Assembly: GCF_001017655.1 (NCBI RefSeq)
Contig: NZ_CP010904.1
Location: 600,001-632,000, forward strand
DNA length: 32,000 nt
Direction: 5' to 3'
Source of the DNA: Kiritimatiella glycovorans
Lineage (GTDB): Bacteria > Verrucomicrobiota > Kiritimatiellia > Kiritimatiellales > Kiritimatiellaceae
Of this stretch, positions 1 through 5,696 are shown in pieces; position 1 is the first letter of the stretch; every line of letters begins with the position of its first letter. The notes under the pieces are model-generated. The model saw nothing but the letters and a program-made list of their open reading frames with translations, ran no database searches and was not told the DNA's origin. The position numbers and the translations under genes were made by a program.

Positions 1-2
1 TC

Positions 3-488
3 TGGAACAGCGGCGTCGCGAGCAGCGGCTGCATCAGTGCCGGTCGCCGCGGCGGCTACTTCGCGATCGACTGGAACGGCGACATCACCCCCTGTGTCTT
101 CATCCAGTACGCAGTGGACAACATCTATGACCTCTACAGGCGCGGCGGCACCATTACCGACGCGCTCCAGGCCCCGCTGTTCAGGGAGATCCGCGCCTGG
201 CAGAAGGAGTACGGATATGCGCAGGAGGCGGAAAGCGTGGGCAACTGGCTCTGTCCGTGCATCGTGCGCGATCACTTCGAGGTGCTTCGCGACGCCGTGC
301 GCCGGACGGGTGCACGCCCCCTGAACAGAGAGGCCGCGGAGGCGCTCGAGGATCCCGACTATGTGCGGGGCATGATCGATTACGATCGCGAACTCGAAGA
401 GAAAACGGAGCCGATCTGGACCCACGAGTACGCAGAGCAGGCCCAAGAGGAAGAGGCCCGGAGCACCTCCGATGCCGCGGCCAACTGA
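3..488 (+). CDS. radical SAM-type enzyme, C-terminal fragment (5' end outside the window)
   Basis: Frame 3 is open from base 3; the ORF track starts it at an internal GTG at 114. Translation WNSGVASSGCISAGRRGGYFAIDWNGDITPCVF...CPCIVRDHF shows the Cys-containing C-terminal pattern of radical SAM/SPASM-like proteins. TGA at 486-488. Confidence 0.4.
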   Translation, partial: WNSGVASSGCISAGRRGGYFAIDWNGDITPCVFIQYAVDNIYDLYRRGGTITDALQAPLFREIRAWQKEYGYAQEAESVGNWLCPCIVRDHFEVLRDAVRRTGARPLNREAAEALEDPDYVRGMIDYDRELEEKTEPIWTHEYAEQAQEEEARSTSDAAAN

Positions 489-1431
489 ACGTCCGGAAGA
501 CGCGGCGGCGGAGCCGGATCCGGCCCCGCTCATCAGCTTTATCCGGGAGTTCACGCGCGAGCGCAGCGCACCGGGCCTGGTCCTCGGCCTCAGCGGCGGA
601 CTCGATTCGGCGGTCCTTTGCTCCCTCGCAGCCCGAGCGCTGGGCGGTGGTCATGTCCATGCCCTCATGCTCCCCGACCGCACGACGCCTGCCGAAAGCC
701 TGCGCCACGCTCGCGCCTGCGCAGACGCTTGCGGCGTCGACCCCGTGCTTCAGCCCATCGATCCGGTGCTGCTGGCCTTCAAGGACTGGCGGCGCTCATG
801 GATGCGGCGCCTTCCGCGCTTCCTGGCCGCACCCCTCCTGCGCGCCGGATACCGCCACTATACGAAAAAGGCGGGGCATAGTCCCTATGAAGCGGGCATG
901 AACCCCTCTACGCCGGGACCCTATCGCCGCATGCGCCTGAGCGCCGAGGCTTATTACCGGCTCAAACACCGCGTCCGCGCCGTGATGCTCTACGAATACG
1001 CGGAACGTCGCGGACTCCCCGTCGCCGGCGCCGCCAACCGCACGGAGTGGATGACCGGTTTTTTTGTGCGCTACGGATGCGACCACCTGGCGGATGTCAT
1101 GCCCCTGCTTCACCTGTATAAAACCGGCGTGCGGCAACTCGCCCGCCGACTGCCGGTCCCGCGCGAAGTGATCGATATGGCCCCGTCACCCGACCTGATG
1201 CCGGGGATCACGGACGAATACGCCCTCGGTATCACCTACTCCCGCCTCGACGCCGTTCTCGAACTCCTCGACCGCCGCGAGTCCCCTGCGGACATTTCGA
1301 GACGGACCGGCATCCCCGGCGAAGAGGTGGAACGCGTGATCAAACTGCGCGAGCGGGCGGAAGCCATGCGCAGCACAGCGGCCACGGTCCACAACAGCCG
1401 CAAAGGAGCACAAAGGGACACAGAAGAATAA
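472..1431 (+). CDS. nadE: NH3-dependent NAD+ synthetase (PP-loop ATP pyrophosphatase)
   Basis: PP-loop motif LGLSGGLDSAVL. NadE-like block NRTEWMTGFFVRYG...LYKTGVRQLARRLPVP...SPDL. ATG 472 overlaps the upstream stop. Confidence 0.8.
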   Translation: MPRPTERPEDAAAEPDPAPLISFIREFTRERSAPGLVLGLSGGLDSAVLCSLAARALGGGHVHALMLPDRTTPAESLRHARACADACGVDPVLQPIDPVLLAFKDWRRSWMRRLPRFLAAPLLRAGYRHYTKKAGHSPYEAGMNPSTPGPYRRMRLSAEAYYRLKHRVRAVMLYEYAERRGLPVAGAANRTEWMTGFFVRYGCDHLADVMPLLHLYKTGVRQLARRLPVPREVIDMAPSPDLMPGITDEYALGITYSRLDAVLELLDRRESPADISRRTGIPGEEVERVIKLRERAEAMRSTAATVHNSRKGAQRDTEE

Positions 1432-1455
1432 GGGCTTAAACGAAATCTTCCGCAG

Positions 1456-1475
1456 GGCCCCGCTTTGTCGGGGCC
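1456..1475 (+). terminator. GC hairpin downstream of nadE (no U-tract)
   Basis: GGCCCCG (1456-1462), loop CTTTGT, CGGGGCC (1469-1475). No T-run follows, so terminator function is uncertain. Confidence 0.25.
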
Positions 1476-1610
1476 GGGTCGGGATAGGGGTGGAGGGTTG
1501 TTGAGTTGCTGGGTTGCCGGGAATGCGGCGATGAATGGTTATTCGCAGGTTTTTATGGAAGGTCGTCCGGGGGAACGGTGGAATGCGGGAGATCGGAGGC
1601 ACATGATACT

Positions 1611-1754
1611 CAGCGATTCTCATTATGGCTTCACCCTTTTCGGTCGGGGTGGCACCCGACCCTCCCAGTGCCCGAAAATGCGTCGGATATCGACTCGGGA
1701 GGGACGGCTGCCACGCCGTCCGCGGTCGGAATGCGGCCATAATGAGAACTGCTG
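1611..1754 (+). mobile_element. 144-bp MITE-like non-autonomous element, copy A
   Basis: Recurs at 27225-27368 with 2 mismatches (1668 G/A, 1679 T/G). Termini CAGCGATTCTCATTATGGC ... GCCATAATGAGAACTGCTG are inverted repeats (17/19). Flanked by a perfect 9-bp direct repeat CATGATACT at 1602-1610 and 1755-1763. Confidence 0.85.
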
Positions 1755-1772
1755 CATGATACTTGGCCCTGC

Positions 1773-1801
1773 TTGCATTTCCCCGCCTCCGGCGTTACCC
1801 T
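1773..1801 (+). promoter_or_regulatory. candidate sigma70-type promoter of the SRP RNA
   Basis: TTGCAT (1773-1778), 17 bp spacer, TACCCT (1796-1801). The implied start about 7 nt downstream coincides with the predicted 5' end of the SRP RNA closing helix. Confidence 0.3.
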
Positions 1802-1807
1802 GCCGAC

Positions 1808-2094
1808 CGCTGTGCTAGACGGGGAGGTAGCGGTGCCCTGATCCCGCAGATCGCGGGGGACCTGCAATCCGCTGCAGCAGGGTCGAATCCCCGAGTGAGG
1901 CCGCACGCAGGCGGGCGGACCCTCAACCGGAGGGCGTGGAAGGCCGGACCCTATGCGACGGTTCGCGGTGAACCCCGTCAGGACCGGAAGGTAGCAGCGG
2001 TAAGCCGAAGGATCGGGCGCCGTAGGTTCTATCCGGCCCGAGTCCGAAGGTCGGAGATGCCCGCCCGGCGGCGGTCGAACAAGGGTGCACAGCG
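1808..2094 (+). ncRNA. ffs: signal recognition particle RNA, long (Bacillus-type, Alu-domain-containing) form
   Basis: Domain IV motif GTCAGGACCGGAAGGTAGCAGC at 1977-1998. The 5' domain GTGCTAGACGGGGAGGTAGCGGTGCCCTG...CCTGCAATCCGCTGCAGCAGGGTCGAATCCCC resembles the B. subtilis scRNA Alu domain (from memory). CGCTGTGC (1808-1815) pairs with GCACAGCG (2087-2094), followed by CTTTTT. It lies directly upstream of dnaX. Ends are +/- 5 nt. Confidence 0.85.
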
Positions 2095-2131
2095 CTTTTT
2101 GCTGAATCTGGAACACGGATAACGGACAGGC

Positions 2132-3352
2132 ATGGCCTACGAAGTATTAGCACGGAAATGGCGCCCTCAGCGTTTCGAGGACGTGGTCGGGCAGGAACAC
2201 GTCACGCGGACCCTCCGGAACGCGATCGAATCGGAACGCGTCGCCCACGCGTACCTGTTCGTCGGACCCCGCGGCATCGGAAAGACCTCGTCCGCGAGGA
2301 TCTTCGCCAAGGCCCTGAACTGTACGGACCGCAGAGACGGCGAGCCGTGTAACGAGTGCGAGTCCTGCACGGAGATCACCGCCGACCGGAGTCTCGACGT
2401 GATCGAGATCGACGGTGCATCGAATAACGGGGTCGATGACGTCCGCGAACTTCGGGATAACGCCCGCTACGCCCCGAACCGGGGGCCGTTCAAGATCTAC
2501 GTCATCGATGAAGTGCACATGCTCAGCACGGGGGCGTTCAATGCGCTCCTGAAGACGCTCGAGGAACCGCCTCCTCACGTGAAGTTCTTCTTCGCCACCA
2601 CCGAGCCCCGGAAAGTACCCAATACCATCCTCTCGCGCTGTCAGCGCTTCGATCTGCGCCGCATCTCGGTCGCGGACCTCGGGACCCAGCTGCGGAAAAT
2701 CGCCGCCGCCGAAGAGATCGAGATCACCGAAGAGGCGCTGCTCGCGATCGCCCGCGGTGCGGAAGGGGGTATGCGGGACGCCGAGTCGGCGCTCGACCAG
2801 CTCGTCTCTTTCCGCGGGAAGCATATTAACGAGGAAGATGTCCTCGCCGTCTTCGGACTGGTCTCGCAGGGCGCGCTCTACGGCCTGCTCCAGGCGGTGC
2901 TCGACGGCGACCGCGGAACGATCCTCGACCGGATCGCCGAATTCGATCGTTCGGGCCGCGATCTGCCGCGGCTGGTGGGCGAACTGCTCGACGGAGTGCG
3001 GCACCTGCTGGTGCTGAACTGTGCCGGAGAGGAGCAGGTCGGCGAAGCCCTGACCGATGCGCAGGTCGAGGCGCTCAAAGCATTGGCCGGGAAGGTCGAC
3101 GAGGAACGCCTGCTCAGAATGACCGATATCCTCGTCGAAACCGATCTCCGGATGAAGTCCTCGCTCTCACCGCGCACCCTGCTGGAGACCGGACTGGTCC
3201 GCTGCTCGCGTGCCGCCACGGTGGTCTCCATGGATGAGCTCATCCGCCGGCTCTCCGAGCTGGAGGGCGGGGATTCCGGATCTCCGGATCCGTCGCCGGA
3301 TCCGTCGCCCGCCCCGGAGGCGAAAAAAAAAAGAGCGCCGCGGATGAGCTGA
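2132..3352 (+). CDS. dnaX: DNA polymerase III subunit gamma/tau, zero-frame product (clamp-loader domains I-III plus Pro-rich linker)
   Basis: Walker A GPRGIGKTS, Zn module CNECESC, IDEVHML, SRCQRF sensor motif. The frame ends at TGA 3350-3352, 6 codons after an A10 run (3323-3332). Confidence 0.9.
   Translation: MAYEVLARKWRPQRFEDVVGQEHVTRTLRNAIESERVAHAYLFVGPRGIGKTSSARIFAKALNCTDRRDGEPCNECESCTEITADRSLDVIEIDGASNNGVDDVRELRDNARYAPNRGPFKIYVIDEVHMLSTGAFNALLKTLEEPPPHVKFFFATTEPRKVPNTILSRCQRFDLRRISVADLGTQLRKIAAAEEIEITEEALLAIARGAEGGMRDAESALDQLVSFRGKHINEEDVLAVFGLVSQGALYGLLQAVLDGDRGTILDRIAEFDRSGRDLPRLVGELLDGVRHLLVLNCAGEEQVGEALTDAQVEALKALAGKVDEERLLRMTDILVETDLRMKSSLSPRTLLETGLVRCSRAATVVSMDELIRRLSELEGGDSGSPDPSPDPSPAPEAKKKRAPRMS
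3316..3332 (+). promoter_or_regulatory. candidate recoding site (slippery A10 run with upstream SD-like GGAGG)
   Basis: GGAGG at 3316-3320, then CG, then A10 at 3323-3332. The zero frame reads AAA AAA AAA AGA, so A AAA AAA (3325-3331) allows tandem -1 slippage into AAG AGC GCC. The run is also long enough for transcriptional slippage. Confidence 0.5.
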
Positions 3353-3756
3353 CGGAGCTTCGCGCCGCCTGGCCGGACATTGCGGAACAGGCGGCGCGCA
3401 TGGATCCGCGGGCGCGGGACGCCCTGATCGACCTCAGACCATACCGCGTCGAAGCCGAACGCGTCGTGCTGGCGATCGACGAGGAATTCGCCACGGAGCG
3501 CGAGGTCTTGAATACCCCGCCGGTGCGCAATACGCTGGTGCAGATCATGAGCCGGCGGCTGGGCCGCGGGGTGGGGGTGGAAATCGTGGCCGACGCTTCC
3601 GGTCACGGAACAGAGCCCGCCGCCGAACCGGTGCGCGATCTCATGCAGGACCGCTCACGGTGGAACAACGATCCCGTGGTGCGCAGGATTCTCGAATCGT
3701 TCAACGGACACATCCTTGAGGTAAGGGGATGGGATAAAGGAGGACCCTCACGATGA
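3331..3756 (+). CDS. dnaX: dnaX tau C-terminal domain, encoded in the -1 frame relative to 2132-3352
   Basis: Frame 1 is open across the A-run and reads (E)KKKSAADELTELRAAWPDIAEQAARMDPRARDALIDLRPYRVEAERVVLAIDEEFATEREVLNTPPVRNTLVQIMSRRLGRGVGVEIV. This is the W-P-x-I / L-x-L-x-F / G-x-x-V pattern of tau C-terminal domains. The ORF track shows only its internal ATG at 3400. The stop overlaps the ybaB start (ATGA at 3753-3756). Confidence 0.7.
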   Translation, partial: KSAADELTELRAAWPDIAEQAARMDPRARDALIDLRPYRVEAERVVLAIDEEFATEREVLNTPPVRNTLVQIMSRRLGRGVGVEIVADASGHGTEPAAEPVRDLMQDRSRWNNDPVVRRILESFNGHILEVRGWDKGGPSR

Positions 3757-4064
3757 AAAATATGGGTAAACTGCTCAAACAGGCCGCTTCGATGCAGAAG
3801 GATCTGCAGAAAAAACAGGCGGAACTGGCGGAGAAGGAAGTGGAATTCAGCAGCGGCGGCGGGGCGGTAAAGGCGACCGCCACCTGCGACCTGCAGATCA
3901 GGAGCATCAAAATCGACCCCTCGGCGGTCGATCCCGACGATGTCGAAATGCTGGAGGATCTGGTGACGTCCGCCGTCGACGGCGCGCTGGGTAAGGCCCG
4001 CGAAACCATGCAGTCCGAACTCGGCGGTATCGCGGGCGGCCTCGGCGGCGGGTTGCCGATGTAG
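3753..4064 (+). CDS. ybaB: nucleoid-associated protein YbaB/EbfC family
   Basis: About 100 aa with MGKLLKQAASMQKDLQKKQAEL...V.A...G......IKIDP...DPDD.EMLEDLV..A...A pattern. GGAGGA SD upstream. Canonical dnaX-ybaB-recR synteny. Confidence 0.9.
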   Translation: MKNMGKLLKQAASMQKDLQKKQAELAEKEVEFSSGGGAVKATATCDLQIRSIKIDPSAVDPDDVEMLEDLVTSAVDGALGKARETMQSELGGIAGGLGGGLPM

Positions 4065-4167
4065 GCCGCACGGCGCCACAAAGAAGCGCAGAAGAGAAAA
4101 AAAGAGCCACGAAAAGGCACAGGAAGCACAGAAGAGACAAGAGGGCCGCAAAGGAAACAGAAGGGGC
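4063..4167 (+). other. 105-nt thymine-free, purine-rich ybaB-recR spacer
   Basis: There is no T between T4062 (of the ybaB TAG) and T4168. Reiterated CAGAAGAG / CAGGAAGC / CAGAAGGG units. Consequently no ATG/GTG/TTG/CTG start and no stop codon exists in any forward frame. Confidence 0.9.
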
Positions 4168-4178
4168 TGGAGACCATC

Positions 4179-4784
4179 ATCAAACCACCGCGCATTCTGG
4201 ACACGGTCAGCGGGCTGCTGCAGAAACTGCCCGGCGTGGGACGCCGCTCGGCCGAGCGGATGACGCTGGCGCTGGCGCAGGGCGACCGCGCACTGGCGCG
4301 GCGTCTTTCGCAGGCCCTGCAGCAGATGGATGAGGAGGTCGTGAGCTGCGCCCGGTGCGGACACCCGACCACGCGCTCGCAGGACCCGTGCACCCTCTGT
4401 ACCGATCCCGAACGCGACCCGCGGCTGCTGTGCGTGGTTGAGGATCCCGGCGATATCGTCCGCCTCGAGCGCACCGGGGTGTTCCACGGACGCTATCATG
4501 CGCTGATGGGCAAACTCTCCGCCGGGAGTGGAACGGGACCGGGGCAGCTGCGCATTGAGCCGCTGCTTAAACGCATTGCCGAAGAAGGGGTGGAGGAAGT
4601 GCTGCTTGCGCTCGACACCGATACGGAGAGCGAAACGACCGCGGGATACCTGCGCGAGCTGCTGGAATCGCGCGGCATCACCGTCACCCGCCTTGCCCGC
4701 GGGCTCCCCTCGGGCAGCGCCATCGAATATCTCGACCCCGACACGCTCGCCGGCGCGGTCAGGGCGCGGGAGCGGTTCGAATAG
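4179..4784 (+). CDS. recR: recombination protein RecR (start codon uncertain: CTG 4167, ATC 4176 or ATC 4179)
   Basis: LPGVGRRSAERM helix-hairpin-helix, C4 zinc finger CARCGHPTTRSQDPCTLC, Toprim LCVVEDPGDIVRLE. The track's GTG 4236 start would remove the conserved N-terminal helix. The in-frame upstream sequence IKPPRILDTVSGLLQKLPGVG aligns residue-for-residue in length with E. coli [27 protein letters not shown] (4161-4166) lies 9-12 nt before the ATC codons. Confidence 0.8.
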   Translation: MKPPRILDTVSGLLQKLPGVGRRSAERMTLALAQGDRALARRLSQALQQMDEEVVSCARCGHPTTRSQDPCTLCTDPERDPRLLCVVEDPGDIVRLERTGVFHGRYHALMGKLSAGSGTGPGQLRIEPLLKRIAEEGVEEVLLALDTDTESETTAGYLRELLESRGITVTRLARGLPSGSAIEYLDPDTLAGAVRARERFE

Positions 4785-4787
4785 GCC

Positions 4788-5696
4788 CTACTTCTTCCCG
4801 AATATCGCGTCCGCCAGTCCGGCGAGGCGCGAGACGTGGGGGAGAATCATCACGGGCACGTTCAAGTCGGTCCGGCGCAGGTTCTCGGTCACATTGCCCA
4901 GCAGCGAAGTCACGGATGCCGGACGGCCCTTCGCCCCGACCATGACCAGATCGCACGCCTTGTTCTCTGCATCGCGCAGTAATCGCTCCGCTTCATTCTC
5001 CCGCGCGTCCCGCTGTTGCTCGAAGGTGCAGGGGATGGTCTTTTTCTGGAGGTCGAACCTGGCGAGGAACGAGCGGAAGCGGCGTTTCCGTCTGCGCCGG
5101 CTGCCGGCCGGCTCGCGGAAGGAGGCGAACGGATAATAGCTGCGCGTGGTGTCGTAGAGGTGATAGCAGCTCAACTCCGCCCCGCTGCGCCGCGCAAGCT
5201 TCCAGGCCGTTCGGAAGGCGCGCTCGGACTCGCGTGAGAAGTCGACGGCGCACAGTATATGTTCAAGGCGCGGCGGGGCTTCGGGCGGGACGAGCACCAC
5301 CGGCGCCGGCGCCTCCGCGATGATGCGGCGGCCGTAGCGCCCGCGCCGCTGTCCCGATTTCTTCTGCCCCAGCAGGATCAGGTCGCAGTGTTCATTGCGC
5401 GCGTAGGCCAGCATCACGCGCGCCGCGTCTTCGCGGCTGATCTTGGTTACCAGTTCCGCCTCCCGCTCGCTCCCGAAGTGACGGCCGATGAGGCCCTCGA
5501 GTTCCCCGCGCAGGGCGTCCTCCACCGACCGGCCGGCGTCCCGGCCTCCGTCGCCCAGGTCATAGGCCTGGACCACATGCAGGAAGATGACCTTCTCCGC
5601 ATGCAGTCGGTCGGCCAGAAAGGCGGCGTAGCGAATCAGCGGCCGGTCCATCTCTGTCAGATCGAGCAGTACCAGGATGTTCCGGAAGCGTCTCAT
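4788..5696 (-). CDS. universal stress protein, tandem UspA domains
   Basis: Two Usp-like halves (ILVLLDLTE...CDLILLGQKK...PVVLVP and ILCAVDFS...CDLVMVGAKG...VPVMIL). The start overlaps the upstream BCCT stop (ATGA). Confidence 0.75.
   Translation of the reverse strand: MRRFRNILVLLDLTEMDRPLIRYAAFLADRLHAEKVIFLHVVQAYDLGDGGRDAGRSVEDALRGELEGLIGRHFGSEREAELVTKISREDAARVMLAYARNEHCDLILLGQKKSGQRRGRYGRRIIAEAPAPVVLVPPEAPPRLEHILCAVDFSRESERAFRTAWKLARRSGAELSCYHLYDTTRSYYPFASFREPAGSRRRRKRRFRSFLARFDLQKKTIPCTFEQQRDARENEAERLLRDAENKACDLVMVGAKGRPASVTSLLGNVTENLRRTDLNVPVMILPHVSRLAGLADAIFGKK

Noticed and set aside
1470-1497. G-quadruplex-type motif GGGG-CC-GGG-TC-GGG-ATA-GGGG-T-GG-A-GGG downstream of nadE
   Set aside because: It formally fits G3+N1-7 x4, but the first tract is also the 3' arm of the adjacent GC hairpin. 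G-runs are expected to be frequent in this composition, and significance cannot be assessed without a genome-wide count.
3284-3309. Tandem repeat CCGGATCCGTCGCC x2 just before the dnaX A-run
   Set aside because: It lies in frame and encodes the SPDPSPDPSP low-complexity linker of DnaX. This is a coding microduplication, not a regulatory or CRISPR-like repeat.
3603-4499. 298-aa and 257-aa minus-strand ORFs antisense to ybaB/recR
   Set aside because: They are kept open partly by the T-free (A-free on the minus strand) tract. They have no motifs, and they lie opposite two well-supported conserved genes.
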